A stretch of 64,000 bases of DNA, taken from an uncultured cyanobacterium. GTDB taxonomy: Bacteria > Cyanobacteriota > Cyanobacteriia > CAKZMO01. A model generated the notes under the pieces. That model saw only the letters and a program-made list of their open reading frames with translations. It was not told the DNA's origin and ran no database searches. Positions 30,996-42,271 of the stretch are shown one piece after another (positions within the stretch are counted from its first letter, which is position 1; the number at the start of each line of letters is the position of its first letter). The stretch lies in contig CAVRCJ010000014.1 in assembly GCA_963719515.1 (NCBI GenBank), forward strand, positions 96,001 through 160,000, written 5' to 3'. The translations under genes and the position numbers were made by a program.

Positions 30996-32993
30996 TTAGC
31001 TCGTGAAGGCCGGGTGGGCAGCCGGCTGCGGAGCCAAACTATCGTGGACCGCAACGGGTAAGGCGACCTCAACTGTTGTTCCCAAACCTAAGCCATCGCT
31101 GCGCAGCATGATGGTCCCCCCCATAAGTTCGATTAAGTTGCGGGAGATCGCTAGCCCTAGCCCTGTCCCCTCGAACTTGCGAGTCGTGCTGCCGTCCACC
31201 ATCACAAAGGGTCTAAACAGCTTGTGCTGCTGTGTCGGGTCGATGCCAATTCCCGTATCTGCAATAGACACGATGACCCAGCGAGGCGCGAGTGAGTCGG
31301 TGGATGTAGACTTCTTGGGACTGTTGCCCTCCCCAAGATCGGATGCAACGCGGGTGCCTATCGTGATGCCGCCGTGGTCTGTAAATTTGATCGCGTTGTA
31401 GATCAGATTGAGGAAAACCTGCTTCAGTTTGGCCCGATCGGCCTTGACCTGTACCGACGGTAGATCCGACACTTTGAGCCACAGCCCTTTTTGATGCGCC
31501 TCAACGGTCTGTAACCCTGAGACCTCAGCCAACAGTTTGGCAAGGTCAATATCTTCGAAGCTCAGCGACAGCGTGCCCGCTTCAATTCTGGCAATGTCGA
31601 GTAAGTCATTGATAATCTTTAGAAGATGAATTGCCGCTTCGTCTGCGCGGTCTAAAAACTCAAGCTCCTCAGCGCGATCGTCACAGCAGTCGTCTTTAAC
31701 TAGACGAATACAGCCAATGATGGCGTTGAGGGGCGTACGCAGCTCGTGGGAGGTATTCGCCAAGAACTCGCTTTTGAGTTGGTTGGCGGTTTCTGCTTCT
31801 TGCCAAGCCGATTCTAACTCCTGTGCCCTTTCCTCCAGTCGCCTCACCATATGGCCAAGCACCTCTGCCAGCTGGTTTAGCTCGCGAATTTGAAAATTCT
31901 TGGGGACATCGTTAGCGTGGTGCTCGTCGATATGGCGCGCGAACTCCCCCAACTGTTCAATGGGTCGGGCCAAGTCTCGAGAGAGGTATAGCATACCGAG
32001 CAGCAGGGCGAACAGTAGACCCGCCGTCAGCACCAGCAGAATCCGCTTGATATCGACCAGTCCGTGTAGCGCGTGGTCTAATCGGGTAACCGCAATCACA
32101 ATCCAGGTTTGATCTTCGGTGGGGCTGATGGTGACAGACGTTGTGCTGTGTCCTGCCAGCCACTCCGCTCCATCATCGGAAAAATTGAACAGGTGTTGAA
32201 CGCTTTGCCGCTCTTGCAGGGCGTTGTCAATGATGATCTGAAAGCGGCTGCTGTCGGCGGTATCGTGCACGCTTGTGCCGACCTGACCTGCAATAGGATG
32301 GGCCAAAATCTCGCCTGCCTCATCGATGACAACGGTGTAGCCTACCAAAGAGCCTGGATCACCGCTTTCCAGCTGAGTCAAGGTGGCATGGGCGCTTAAA
32401 ATATAGCGCAGATCGCCTCCAGCGCTGTAGACCGGCGTATGGGAGATCAGGTTAAGCTGACTTTGAAGCGACGAAGATGAAGGCGCATTAGGAGTAAGAT
32501 CCACCGACAGCGACTGAATGTAGAAGCGATTAGAAACCATCAGATCCCGACTTCGGGGCCACAGCATTGCGGTTGTGGCCACTGACCTGGCGATCGCTTC
32601 AGATTCGGCGGTGCAGCTGCCGCTAGTATTACTGCTGCTGACAAGCTGCCGAGTTTCCCAGTCCCGAAGCTCCAGGCAAGGCGTATCTACCGGGATTCGC
32701 AGCGCTAGCTGTTCTAGAAAGGTCTGTGAGGCCTCTAGAGATTCAGTGCGGAGCGCTAGGGTTTCGCTGGCTGTAACCAGACTGGTCTGCAGCGCCTCCA
32801 CCGACGTTTCGATGCTCTCGGCTTTACGTTCTGCGCTCTCGGCTAAGTTTTGCTGGGCGGTATACTGCAGCGTCGTTCGAGCCTTGCGAAACGCAACGGC
32901 AACGCCAATCAGCAAAATTGGAACGCTGATCAGAAGAATCCGCAAGAGTAAAATTCGGCGAAACGATGGCTGCTTAGAGAGCTTCATTCTCAT
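30996..32993 (-). CDS. Membrane sensor histidine kinase (periplasmic Cache-like, HAMP, HisKA, HATPase)
   Basis: Two transmembrane helices; [24 protein letters not shown] and GTGLGL boxes. Confidence 0.92.
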   Translation of the reverse strand: MRMKLSKQPSFRRILLLRILLISVPILLIGVAVAFRKARTTLQYTAQQNLAESAERKAESIETSVEALQTSLVTASETLALRTESLEASQTFLEQLALRIPVDTPCLELRDWETRQLVSSSNTSGSCTAESEAIARSVATTAMLWPRSRDLMVSNRFYIQSLSVDLTPNAPSSSSLQSQLNLISHTPVYSAGGDLRYILSAHATLTQLESGDPGSLVGYTVVIDEAGEILAHPIAGQVGTSVHDTADSSRFQIIIDNALQERQSVQHLFNFSDDGAEWLAGHSTTSVTISPTEDQTWIVIAVTRLDHALHGLVDIKRILLVLTAGLLFALLLGMLYLSRDLARPIEQLGEFARHIDEHHANDVPKNFQIRELNQLAEVLGHMVRRLEERAQELESAWQEAETANQLKSEFLANTSHELRTPLNAIIGCIRLVKDDCCDDRAEELEFLDRADEAAIHLLKIINDLLDIARIEAGTLSLSFEDIDLAKLLAEVSGLQTVEAHQKGLWLKVSDLPSVQVKADRAKLKQVFLNLIYNAIKFTDHGGITIGTRVASDLGEGNSPKKSTSTDSLAPRWVIVSIADTGIGIDPTQQHKLFRPFVMVDGSTTRKFEGTGLGLAISRNLIELMGGTIMLRSDGLGLGTTVEVALPVAVHDSLAPQPAAHPAFTS

Positions 32994-33308
32994 AACGGGG
33001 GAAGGAGCACAACGCAAGCGGGTGAATGCGCTAAATCGCAGTTAAAAGGGAAAACCAGCTGATGGATATTTGAATTATCTACGCCAACTGAACGATATGC
33101 CGAAAGGCGCATCAAGCTTCAGTAGTTTTTCATACAATCTCACCAGGTTTGGTAAAAAACGGGTATTACAACAATACGGTAGAGAGAGTAGACTGCACTA
33201 GCTGCTTTAATAGCTGAGTTGTTCCCTGGCCATTACGGGCGCGCTCCGCGTCTGCGCCATTAGCCTTCGTGCCATTTCGTCACTACCGCTGTACTGCTTT
33301 CCTCTATT

Positions 33309-34493
33309 ATGGTCAATCAACTTAATACTAGCTATTCTGTTTCCTGGGTGAGTCAAATTGCAGAGGTTCCAAGACAAGCTTGGGATGCCCTAGCACTTCC
33401 TTTGACGACGCCCTTTCTTGAATGGTCCTGGCTTCATGCCCTCGAGGCTTCAGGCAGCGCCGCTGCGAAGGCTGGATGGCAGCCCCATCACCTCACCCTA
33501 TGGCGCGATCGCGAGCTGATTGGCGCTGCGCCGCTGTACATCAAGGGCCACAGCTATGGGGAGTTTGTGTTTGACCATCAGTGGGCCGATTTAGCGCAGC
33601 GGCTGGGGATACAGTATTACCCAAAACTCCTGGGGATGTCTCCCTTTACACCAGCAGAAGGCTACCGGTTTCTGATTGCTCCTGGCGAAGATGAGCTGGA
33701 GATTACCGCCCTGATGCTGGCGGCCATCGACCAGTTTTGCAAGCGCCACCGGATTTCTGGGTGCAACTTCCTCTACGTCGACCCCCAGTGGCGATCGCAG
33801 GTAGAGCAGCTTGGCTTTATCGCCTGGCAGCACCACAGCTATATCTGGACCAACAACAGTTTCAATAGCTTTGATGACTATCTCAAGCAGTTCAACGCCA
33901 ACCAGCGCCGCAACATTAAGCGGGAGCGCAAGGCAGTTGAGAAAGCGGGGCTGAGCATGAGGGTTGTCACGGGAGACGAGATTCCCTCGGCTTTGTTTCC
34001 CCAGATGTATGACTTCTATGCCGACACCTGCGACAAGTTTGGCTGGTGGGGCAGCAAGTACCTCACCCGGCGATTCTTTGAGCAGCTCGACACCTGCTAC
34101 CGCGATCGCGTTCTGTTTGCCGTTGCCCACCCCACGGACGCGGGCAGCGATGCCCCGCCTGTCGGGATGTCCTTTTGCCTCTACAAAGGAGACAATCTCT
34201 ACGGGCGCTACTGGGGGGCGAGCAACGACATCGACTGTCTGCACTTCAACGCCTGCTACTACGCCCCTATTGAATGGGCTATTGACCACGGAATCCAGAC
34301 CTTTGACCCCGGCGCGGGGGGACGCCACAAAAAACGGCGGGGGTTTCCCGCCTCGGTGAACTATAGCCTGCATCGCCTTTACGATCCGAGGCTCCGGCAA
34401 ATCTTGACGAACTACATTGACGAGATCAATGAAATGGAGCAAGAGGAGACCGACGCCATCAACGAGACCTTGCCGTTTAAGCAGGGGGAATAG
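33309..34493 (+). CDS. FemAB-like GNAT family protein (DUF482)
   Basis: HSYGEFVFDHQWA, LYGRYWG and LHFNACYY motifs. Confidence 0.88.
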   Translation: MVNQLNTSYSVSWVSQIAEVPRQAWDALALPLTTPFLEWSWLHALEASGSAAAKAGWQPHHLTLWRDRELIGAAPLYIKGHSYGEFVFDHQWADLAQRLGIQYYPKLLGMSPFTPAEGYRFLIAPGEDELEITALMLAAIDQFCKRHRISGCNFLYVDPQWRSQVEQLGFIAWQHHSYIWTNNSFNSFDDYLKQFNANQRRNIKRERKAVEKAGLSMRVVTGDEIPSALFPQMYDFYADTCDKFGWWGSKYLTRRFFEQLDTCYRDRVLFAVAHPTDAGSDAPPVGMSFCLYKGDNLYGRYWGASNDIDCLHFNACYYAPIEWAIDHGIQTFDPGAGGRHKKRRGFPASVNYSLHRLYDPRLRQILTNYIDEINEMEQEETDAINETLPFKQGE

Positions 34494-34731
34494 CAGGAGG
34501 GCGAAGCGCTGCGTCTACGGGCACAGAAGTCTGGGGCGCTAGATTCTGCAGCTGCTCAGTCTGGGGCTGACTGTTAGTGAGCCCAAAGCGATTGAGCAAC
34601 TGAATGACGCCAACGGACAGCAGCGCCCCGATGATCAATCCAGCCGTGAGTAAAATCAGGAAAAGGCGCTTCAGCGTCTGCTGGCGCTGCTCGACACGCT
34701 TATCTTCGGGAGAGGGCTGTGGAGACGACAT
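34477..34731 (-). CDS. Small single-TM hypothetical protein
   Basis: 84-aa ORF with one hydrophobic helix, downstream of the nitrilase gene. Confidence 0.6.
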   Translation of the reverse strand: MSSPQPSPEDKRVEQRQQTLKRLFLILLTAGLIIGALLSVGVIQLLNRFGLTNSQPQTEQLQNLAPQTSVPVDAALRPPAIPPA

Positions 34732-34789
34732 TGGAAAAGTGGGTTGTGAGGGCTTGCGGCTTCAATTTTAGCGATTGTCATCGTCCGGC

Positions 34790-35602
34790 TCAGCTAAAGA
34801 CCCGATGCTGTAGTGACGGCATTTGCTGCCGCACCTGCTGCAGCCGCGATCGCTCCACAGCGGCAATAGCGACACCGGTTTTTTCTCCTGCATCTGCCAA
34901 AATCACGCCCCAAGGGTCAATGACAAGCGCATGACCGTGGGACTGCCGCCGCCCGTAGTGCTGCCCGGTCTGGGCCGGGGCCACCACATAGCAGCTGTTC
35001 TCGATGGCGCGGGCCTGGAGCAGAATTTTCCAGTGGTCTTTGCCCGTGTAGGCCGTAAAGGCGGCGGGAATAAACAGCACCTCAGCGCCCAGCTGAGAGA
35101 GGTGGCGATAGAGCTCGGGGAAGCGTACGTCGTAGCAGATGGACAGGCCCAATCGTCCCAAAGTTTTAGAGGCGTAGACCGGCGGCAGCGATTGCCCTGC
35201 TACGACAGTGCGCGACTCTTCGTAAGTGTTGCCGTCCGGTAGGTTGACGTCAAAGAGATGCACCTTTTCGTAGGCGGCAAGCTGGTCGCCGTCTGGCCCC
35301 ACCAGCAGGGCACGGTTGTATACTCGCCCCGTCTCGATAGGGACAGGAAACCCGCCCCCCAGCAGGGTAACCTGATAGCGCTGCGCCATGCGCTTGAGAA
35401 ACGCCTCCGTCTCGCTGGCGATCGCCTCTGCCTGGCTGACCTTGTCTTCCTCTTCCCCTAAAAATGAGAAATTCTCCGGTAGGCAAACTAGCTCAGCTCC
35501 CTGGCGAACCGCAAGCTCGATCAGGTCTTCTGCTTGGTTGAGGTTGGCGGCTAGGTCAGGTTGACTGTTCATCTGAACCGCCGCCACAAGATATGAATTC
35601 AT
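34790..35602 (-). CDS. Carbon-nitrogen hydrolase (Nit1-like)
   Basis: LPENF, YEKVHLFD and SICYDVRFPE (Glu-Lys-Cys triad). Confidence 0.92.
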   Translation of the reverse strand: MNSYLVAAVQMNSQPDLAANLNQAEDLIELAVRQGAELVCLPENFSFLGEEEDKVSQAEAIASETEAFLKRMAQRYQVTLLGGGFPVPIETGRVYNRALLVGPDGDQLAAYEKVHLFDVNLPDGNTYEESRTVVAGQSLPPVYASKTLGRLGLSICYDVRFPELYRHLSQLGAEVLFIPAAFTAYTGKDHWKILLQARAIENSCYVVAPAQTGQHYGRRQSHGHALVIDPWGVILADAGEKTGVAIAAVERSRLQQVRQQMPSLQHRVFS

Positions 35603-35824
35603 AAAGGATGCTTGGCCGAATCTAGCGTGCGCTGGCGCTGCTGCGACTGAGGCAGCGCCGATACTCTCATAGTCAACGCTAGGATATCAGCAATCGGGTA
35701 GTCGCTGGTAGGCCAATCTACGGCAAGCTTCGTTCAACTGAGCGATGCCTGACGCTTTGACCATCGGCCCGTAGGCAGGTCTTGGCTGGGCAAAGGGGAA
35801 AGCGGCCCCGCTGGCCTCCCGCGA

Positions 35825-36190
35825 TCAGGACGCAGCGTGCTGCTCCATGTCGTTCAACGATAGGTGCTCTAGGGCTAAGGCGTGGGTTGCCGCAAGGGCA
35901 ATTTTTGGAGCAACCCCTGCCTCGAATGCCTCTTGCCAGCGAGAGGCGCAGAGGCACCAGCGATCGCCCGGCCTTAGGCCAGGAAAGCTATACGCGGGGC
36001 GGGGGGTGCTGAGATCGTTGCCCTGTGCTTTAGTGAAGCTGAGAAAGTCTTCGGTCATTTCGGCGCACACCACATGCACTCCCATATCCCCCGCCCCGGT
36101 GTCGCAGCAGCCATTGCGGTAGTACCCGGTCATTGGGGAATTGGAGCAAGCTTCGAGAGAGGTTCCTAAAACATTTTTTGCATCTGACAT
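35825..36190 (-). CDS. DUF2237 family protein
   Basis: NVLG..L..CS..PMTGYYRNGCC and PGDRWCLCA motifs. Confidence 0.88.
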   Translation of the reverse strand: MSDAKNVLGTSLEACSNSPMTGYYRNGCCDTGAGDMGVHVVCAEMTEDFLSFTKAQGNDLSTPRPAYSFPGLRPGDRWCLCASRWQEAFEAGVAPKIALAATHALALEHLSLNDMEQHAAS

Positions 36191-36194
36191 CGCG

Positions 36195-36226
36195 TTGACT
36201 TCTCCGGCAGTGGAAAGGGTGATGGT
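36195..36226 (+). promoter_or_regulatory. Candidate MerR/CueR-type long-spacer promoter for the copper genes
   Basis: TTGACT -35 overlapping an imperfect dyad CTTCTCC-ggcagt-GGAAAG; weak -10 about 20 bp downstream. Confidence 0.4.
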
Positions 36227-36378
36227 TTGAGAGACCACCTACAGCTTAAGGGACAGGTGAGGGCAAGGGCCACTAGCCCTCTGGGTTTAAGGTTTGAGCT
36301 AAGCTCACGTTGCGCCGGGAACAACTGTGAGACGCCCTCATTCTTTATTGGCAGGTCCGTCAAAATATGAGGCTAACC

Positions 36379-36591
36379 ATGGCTACTGTTATTTTTAAGG
36401 TGGGGGGAATGATGTGCGACGGCTGCGCTACCAACGTCGATCGGACCCTCGTCAGCATTCCTGGAATCGCCAGCGTCAGCGTCAGCTACGCCAGAGAACA
36501 AGCCACTGTTCAATACAATCCTCAGCAAGTCGGTATTTCCGCTATTCGAGCTGAGGTTGAGGAGATGGGGTTCACGCTGCAGCCTCTGTAG
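36379..36591 (+). CDS. Heavy-metal-associated copper chaperone (CopZ/Atx1-like)
   Basis: GMMCDGC HMA motif; 70 aa. Confidence 0.88.
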   Translation: MATVIFKVGGMMCDGCATNVDRTLVSIPGIASVSVSYAREQATVQYNPQQVGISAIRAEVEEMGFTLQPL

Positions 36592-36622
36592 ACCAATTCA
36601 AAATATTTGTGCCTAAGCCGTT

Positions 36623-39118
36623 ATGACCACCCTTATCCTCGACATCGGCGGCATGAAATGTGCCGCCTGCGCCGCTTTCATTGAGCGCAAGCTGTCCAAA
36701 TCGACGGGGGTGGCGCAATGCCTCGTCAACTTTGGCACCGAGCAGGCCACTATTCAATACGACGCGCAGCAAGTCGACGCGCAGCGGCTGCAGCAGGCAG
36801 TCGAGGCGGCAGGATTTAAGGCCTACCTCCCTCAACCGCTAGGGGATAGCAGTCGCGACAATCGCGAGGTGGATCAAACCGAAGACCAAGCTGCCGAGGC
36901 CCGGCAGCTGCGCCGCAAGCTGATACTCGGCGGCATAGTTAGCCTAATCTTGGTGGTGGGCGGTCTGCCGATGATGATAGGGGTGCCTATTCCTATGATT
37001 CCGGCATGGCTGCGAAACCCCTGGCTGCAGCTAGCCCTGACGACGCCGGTGCAGTTTTGGTGTGGTTACGGATTCTATCGAGGGGCCTGGAAGAGTCTGC
37101 AGCACCGCACTGCCAATATGGACACCCTAGTGGCATTGGGGACCAGTGCGGCCTACTTTTATTCTCTGCTGCCCACGGTAAGACCGCAGATTCTGCTGAG
37201 CCAGGGGCTTAGCCCTGAGGTTTACTACGAGGCGGCGGGAGTCGTCATTACCCTGGTGCTGCTGGGGAAGTCGATGGAGCAGCGGGCGCGGCGGCAGACT
37301 TCAGAGGCGATTCACGCGTTGATGGGGCTGCAGTCTAAGACGGCGCGGGTGATTCGCGACGGCAGGCCCGTGGACGTGGCGATCGCCGACGTGGCTGTCG
37401 GGGAGGTGGTGGTTGTGCGTCCGGGAGAGACAGTGCCCTTAGACGGCGAAGTGATCGCCGGCACCTCTACGCTTGACGAGAGTATGGTGACCGGAGAGAG
37501 CCTGCCGGTGGGTAAGGGCAAGGGAGACGAAGTGATTGGGGCTACCCTCAACAAAACCGGCAGCGTCACGGTGCGGGTGACGCGGGTGGGCAGCGACACG
37601 GTGCTGGCGCAAATCATCACGCTGGTCCAGCAAGCGCAGGCCTCCAAGGCTCCTATTCAGCGGCTCGCCGACCAGGTCACCCGCTGGTTTGTCCCGGTCG
37701 TCATTGCGATCGCCCTCACCACCTTTTGCACCTGGATGCTGCTGACGGGCAACCTTACGCTGGCGATGGTGACCACCGTCAGCGTCCTTGTAATTGCCTG
37801 CCCCTGCTCCCTAGGACTGGCTACCCCTACCTCAATCATGGTGGGTACCGGTAAGGGGGCAGAGCTGGGTATTTTGATCAAGGGTGCTGAAAGTCTGGAG
37901 ATGGCCCACCGGCTGCAGACCATCGTGCTTGACAAAACCGGCACCCTCACCGAAGGCAAGCCCGAGGTGACGGACTTCGTTATCGCTCAGGGCGTAACGG
38001 GGCGGCGAGCGTCTCAGATGATGCGGGCTCCTAGCCTCAGCGGAGCCGTCCCCGTTTTTTTTGAAATGCCCAAGCGGCTTGAATTTAGCCCGCCCGACCT
38101 GCTGGGGCTGATGTCGGCGGTGGAGGCTCAGTCTGAGCACCCCCTCGCAGATGCAATCGTGCAGCACCATGACCGGGTCGTCAACATGACGGGGCCTCTG
38201 AGATCGGCTCCTCGCGCGCTAGAAGCTTTTGAGGCCATTCCCGGCTGCGGGGTACAGGGCTGGGTCGATGGCTATTTCGTGCAGGTTGGCACCCAGCGGT
38301 GGATGGCTGATCTCGGCTTGGATACCCGAGGCATGGCCTCCGCCGATCAGTCTCTTGACGCTCTGCAAACCCAGTGGCAGCATGACGGCAAAACGGTAGT
38401 GTGGGTGGCGATAGATCACGGTATACAGGGCATTTTGGGCATCATGGATACGCTCAAACCCACCTCGGCCCAGACCCTTAGCAGGCTTCGGCGGATGGGC
38501 CTAGAGGTGGTGATGCTGACGGGAGACAACCGCCGCACCGCTGAGGCGATCGCCCGCAGCTTGGGTGACATTCAAGTCTTTGCAGACGTGAAGCCGGGGG
38601 AGAAGGCAGCCCTCATTACCGCGATGCAGGACCGAGGTCAGCCGCAGGGCCAGCAGAGGAGACCGCGCCGCCGTATGGTGGCGATGGTGGGAGATGGCAT
38701 CAACGATGCCCCTGCCTTGGCCCAAGCTGACGTGGGCATCGCCATTGGTACTGGCACCGACGTGGCGATCGCCGCCAGCGATATCACGCTGATTTCGGGA
38801 AGTCTTGAGGGGCTAGTCGCAGCTATTCAGCTTAGCCACGCCACAATGCGAAACATTCGGCAAAATCTCTTTTTTGCCTTTATCTACAATCTGCTGGGAA
38901 TTCCTCTAGCGGCGGGGCTGCTATTTCCCTGGAGTGGGTGGCTATTAAACCCGATGGTTGCCGGGGCAGCGATGGCGTTTAGCTCGGTCTCTGTAGTTGC
39001 CAATGCGCTGCGGCTGCGTCGTTTCCAGCCTGGCCGATCGCCCCGGAAGGGCCGCTTCTCTAAGCCTACTCCCTCGCCAATTTATCATCAGTTTGAAGGG
39101 CGTACAGTTCTGCCATGA
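36623..39118 (+). CDS. copA: Cu(I)-transporting P1B-type ATPase (CopA/PacS-like)
   Basis: [29 protein letters not shown] and MAFSS motifs. Confidence 0.93.
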   Translation: MTTLILDIGGMKCAACAAFIERKLSKSTGVAQCLVNFGTEQATIQYDAQQVDAQRLQQAVEAAGFKAYLPQPLGDSSRDNREVDQTEDQAAEARQLRRKLILGGIVSLILVVGGLPMMIGVPIPMIPAWLRNPWLQLALTTPVQFWCGYGFYRGAWKSLQHRTANMDTLVALGTSAAYFYSLLPTVRPQILLSQGLSPEVYYEAAGVVITLVLLGKSMEQRARRQTSEAIHALMGLQSKTARVIRDGRPVDVAIADVAVGEVVVVRPGETVPLDGEVIAGTSTLDESMVTGESLPVGKGKGDEVIGATLNKTGSVTVRVTRVGSDTVLAQIITLVQQAQASKAPIQRLADQVTRWFVPVVIAIALTTFCTWMLLTGNLTLAMVTTVSVLVIACPCSLGLATPTSIMVGTGKGAELGILIKGAESLEMAHRLQTIVLDKTGTLTEGKPEVTDFVIAQGVTGRRASQMMRAPSLSGAVPVFFEMPKRLEFSPPDLLGLMSAVEAQSEHPLADAIVQHHDRVVNMTGPLRSAPRALEAFEAIPGCGVQGWVDGYFVQVGTQRWMADLGLDTRGMASADQSLDALQTQWQHDGKTVVWVAIDHGIQGILGIMDTLKPTSAQTLSRLRRMGLEVVMLTGDNRRTAEAIARSLGDIQVFADVKPGEKAALITAMQDRGQPQGQQRRPRRRMVAMVGDGINDAPALAQADVGIAIGTGTDVAIAASDITLISGSLEGLVAAIQLSHATMRNIRQNLFFAFIYNLLGIPLAAGLLFPWSGWLLNPMVAGAAMAFSSVSVVANALRLRRFQPGRSPRKGRFSKPTPSPIYHQFEGRTVLP

Positions 39119-39484
39119 TTTCTACAGTAATCTGACGCTGTCTTTTCGATGTATTGAGCTTTAATTGAGGTTTGTTTGCAAGATTTTTCCTGCGATTATT
39201 AGCTTTATCTGGCAAGATTTGTTAACAGCTACTGCTTTGAGTTAGCGCATCCTCAACATACTTAAGAAATTTGAAAAAAGCAGAATGCTAGATTGGAAAC
39301 ATCTGGTATAAGTAGGTAGGCATAGGAAGATGCAGCTAGGTTACGAAATATTAACTTTGCTCAAATTGGCGATACGACAGAGTTTGGAGCCATCTTTACA
39401 AAACTTGATTTACGCGAGCTAAATTGCACCGACCTACTTAGTGCAATCAGATTTCAACAATATTAGCTGTTTATTGAGGGTGCT

Positions 39485-40288
39485 ATGCTACTGCTCGATT
39501 CAACGCCTAGAGTCCTAATTTCTGGGGAAAACGCCGTCTCTGTCTCTCAGCTGCCATCAACTTGGCAGGCGATCGCCCACGGCAGCGCAGACGTTGGCCT
39601 ATCTGAACCTCAGAACTACGTAGAGATGGCTCAACTTTTCCAGTACAAACTAGAGCAGGGTGATGTCGACCTGTTTCAAGAAAAGCCGGAGCTGCTTCAC
39701 CTTAAATCTGCTTTTGGGGCACTATTTGGTCAGCTGGCTCGGGAGACCCTAGAGTTCTACGGACAGGACTTTCAGCGACAGAGCTACCCCGATTTCGACG
39801 CTATTTTGCAGCGGCTAGAAGCTCAGGCGGGGAGGCAGAGCGATCGCGCAGGTGACCTCGCAAATGAGCTCAAAGTAGCCCGCATCGTTAAGGCCTTTTT
39901 TGAGGAGTTTGGCTACGACCTACCGGCGAGCGTCTATTGGGTGAATCTAGCACCCATCGAACGCGATACAGTCTTCGAAGAGCGAGCCCTGCGCTTCGAT
40001 CCCCGGGATCAAGCCCACAAGCGCCCTTGGGATGCGGCTCTCCACGCGGGCAAGGTCTACGCGGTGCAGATGAAGCTGCAGAGCATTGCCTCCCACTACG
40101 GGTTTACCTATCACCACGGCTGCGGCTGCGAAAACCACTTGTCGTCAATTGATGCAGCTCAAGGAGCGTTTGACTACGCGATAGACCCGCAAAAGCGCCA
40201 GCGATGGGTTCGCAGTTTTGTGTGGACTGCATGGTATGAATACGCCTTTTTCCCTATTGTACCCAACACAATTTACCTGACTGAGTAA
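39485..40288 (+). CDS. Hypothetical protein with HHGCGCENH motif
   Basis: 267-aa ORF with RBS GAGG; no family recognised. Confidence 0.75.
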   Translation: MLLLDSTPRVLISGENAVSVSQLPSTWQAIAHGSADVGLSEPQNYVEMAQLFQYKLEQGDVDLFQEKPELLHLKSAFGALFGQLARETLEFYGQDFQRQSYPDFDAILQRLEAQAGRQSDRAGDLANELKVARIVKAFFEEFGYDLPASVYWVNLAPIERDTVFEERALRFDPRDQAHKRPWDAALHAGKVYAVQMKLQSIASHYGFTYHHGCGCENHLSSIDAAQGAFDYAIDPQKRQRWVRSFVWTAWYEYAFFPIVPNTIYLTE

Positions 40289-40336
40289 ACTGCACCTTTT
40301 AAAGGCTCTGTCCATACCGCTGTTTGGCTAGACCTC

Positions 40337-40369
40337 AAATCCCCCTCTCAAGGCTTGAGAGGGGGATTT
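40337..40369. terminator. Hairpin (terminator or REP-like)
   Basis: AAATCCCCCTCTCAA-GGC-TTGAGAGGGGGATTT, perfect 15-bp stem. Confidence 0.6.
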
Positions 40370-40728
40370 CAATATTCTCTCTCTAACTTGTAGGAATAGG
40401 CTGGAGGGTGGGCCTTTTCCCCGGTGACTAAGACCCGCCGGAAGGCTCAGTAAAACCGCTGCACGGCTGTACGCTTCGAAGCTTTAGGTCGTCATATTGG
40501 CTCGGTGAAAAGTACAGCTTTCCCTGCGGCTATCGGAGATTCACTGCCTGATAGCCAAAACTTTATACTTCTCTCTATAAAGTGGCACTTTCCTTCGCAT
40601 TGCCCTTATAGACGGCAATCGCCAACGAAATATACTGATAACGTGGTTTGTTCCCGAACAATGTATTTTGTTAGCCTCTTTCTGCCCGCCAATATACTGT
40701 CAACTCTTATACAAATTGAAAAACTTCT

Positions 40729-41865
40729 GTGCTTTTATCTGAGCCGTCGCTTCAGTTCATCTTGACGTTCGCTAATTTGCTTACGGCGATCGCCTACTTT
40801 ACTATTCCGGTTGCTTTAGGGTGGATTCTCTTTCAAAGCGATATTCCGTTTACCTGGCTATTTAGCCTAGGGGCTGCTTTTGTCCTCTTTTGCGGCATTG
40901 GGCACCTGATGATGGGGCTACAGGTCGGGGTTGTGGCGCTGAGCCTGAGTCACAGCGCCACAGCGGTTGTTTCACTGCTGTCAGCCGTCGTTCTATGTCT
41001 GTATGCACAGCGGGTCTCTGAGTATCTGAGCGAGGCAAAAGAGGCTCGCGTCCGCCTAGAAATCGCTGCGGTAAAGGCCCAGCAGGCCAATGACGCCAAG
41101 AGTGAGTTCTTGGCCAATATGAGCCATGAGATTCGAACCCCAATGAACGCGATTATCGGATTCTCTCAGCTTCTGGAGAAAACGTTTCTTGACAGTCAGC
41201 AAAGGTCATATCTACAGACAATTACCAAAAGCGGAGAAGATTTGTTGATGATTATTGAAGATATTCTAGATCTCTCGAAGCTAGAGGCGGGAGAGCTGAA
41301 GCTGCAAACGGTCGAGTTTGACCTTCGAGCCACGGTAGAAGACCTATTAAAGCGGTTTGCTCCCCAGGCTAACCGAAAAGGACTGCAAATTCATTTGGCG
41401 ATCGCCCCCAATATTCCTCAGCGGCTGCAGGGTCCGATCGATCGGCTCCAACAGGTGCTATCTAACCTGCTCAGTAACGCAATCAAGTTCACGGATAGCG
41501 GCGAGATTGAAGTCAGCATTCGCACGGTTTTGCCCTCTGTTAAAGATAAGAAAGCTATTGAGCTGCGCTTTGCCGTCCGCGATACCGGCATCGGCATCGC
41601 GGCTGAAAACCAAGCTCAAATTTTCAGCCTGTTCACCCAGGTGGAAACCTTCGCTGCGCGGCAGTATGAGGGAACCGGATTGGGCCTGGCGATTTGCCGA
41701 AAAATCGTTGAGCTGATGGACGGAGAAATTGGGGTCGACAGCATTTTTGGAGTTGGCTCAACGTTTTGGTTTCAGGTTCCCCTGGCCATAGCGCCACAGA
41801 CCAGCGGTCTCCGCTGTGATGGCTTCAGGCCAGTTTCCCAGCCTCTCCCCCCACAATCACCGTAG
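40729..41865 (+). CDS. Histidine kinase with ETR1-like (ethylene-binding-type) three-TM input domain
   Basis: AIAYFTIP...[10 protein letters not shown] resembles ETR1 ALAYFSIP...[30 protein letters not shown] and GTGLGL boxes. Confidence 0.85.
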   Translation: MLLSEPSLQFILTFANLLTAIAYFTIPVALGWILFQSDIPFTWLFSLGAAFVLFCGIGHLMMGLQVGVVALSLSHSATAVVSLLSAVVLCLYAQRVSEYLSEAKEARVRLEIAAVKAQQANDAKSEFLANMSHEIRTPMNAIIGFSQLLEKTFLDSQQRSYLQTITKSGEDLLMIIEDILDLSKLEAGELKLQTVEFDLRATVEDLLKRFAPQANRKGLQIHLAIAPNIPQRLQGPIDRLQQVLSNLLSNAIKFTDSGEIEVSIRTVLPSVKDKKAIELRFAVRDTGIGIAAENQAQIFSLFTQVETFAARQYEGTGLGLAICRKIVELMDGEIGVDSIFGVGSTFWFQVPLAIAPQTSGLRCDGFRPVSQPLPPQSP

Positions 41866-42271
41866 GCGGGTTCTAGTGGTTGAAGATATCCCAGCCAACC
41901 AGATGCTGATGCTGGCGATTTTGCAGCGCTTTGGCTACGACGTGACGACGGCAAAAGACGGCAAAGATGCCCTCAGAAAGATTGACGAGCAGTCTTTTGA
42001 TATCGTGCTCATGGACTGCCAGCTTCCAGAGCTAGACGGTTACGAGACAACCCGCTACATCCGCCAGAGAGAGACCACCTGCAGTCGCATGCCGATTGTT
42101 GGCGTTACAGCTCACGCCATGGTGGGGGACCGGGAAAAGTGTCTGGCGGCAGGGATGGACGACTACCTCAGCAAGCCGATTCAGCTAGACGACCTCGAGG
42201 CGCTGCTGGAAAAATGGCTCTCTAGCCCAAGGCGGAACGCTCAAATGGCTGCCTTGCAGCCCCAACTTTAG
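41816..42271 (+). CDS. Receiver domain, probably the frameshifted C-terminus of the upstream hybrid kinase
   Basis: RVLVVED, LMDCQLP and [11 protein letters not shown] are typical of hybrid-kinase receivers; overlaps the kinase in the +1 frame. Confidence 0.75.
   Translation: MMASGQFPSLSPHNHRRRVLVVEDIPANQMLMLAILQRFGYDVTTAKDGKDALRKIDEQSFDIVLMDCQLPELDGYETTRYIRQRETTCSRMPIVGVTAHAMVGDREKCLAAGMDDYLSKPIQLDDLEALLEKWLSSPRRNAQMAALQPQL

Noticed and set aside
33591..34442. 283-aa antisense ORF
   Set aside because: Lies entirely opposite a well-conserved gene and has no recognisable motifs
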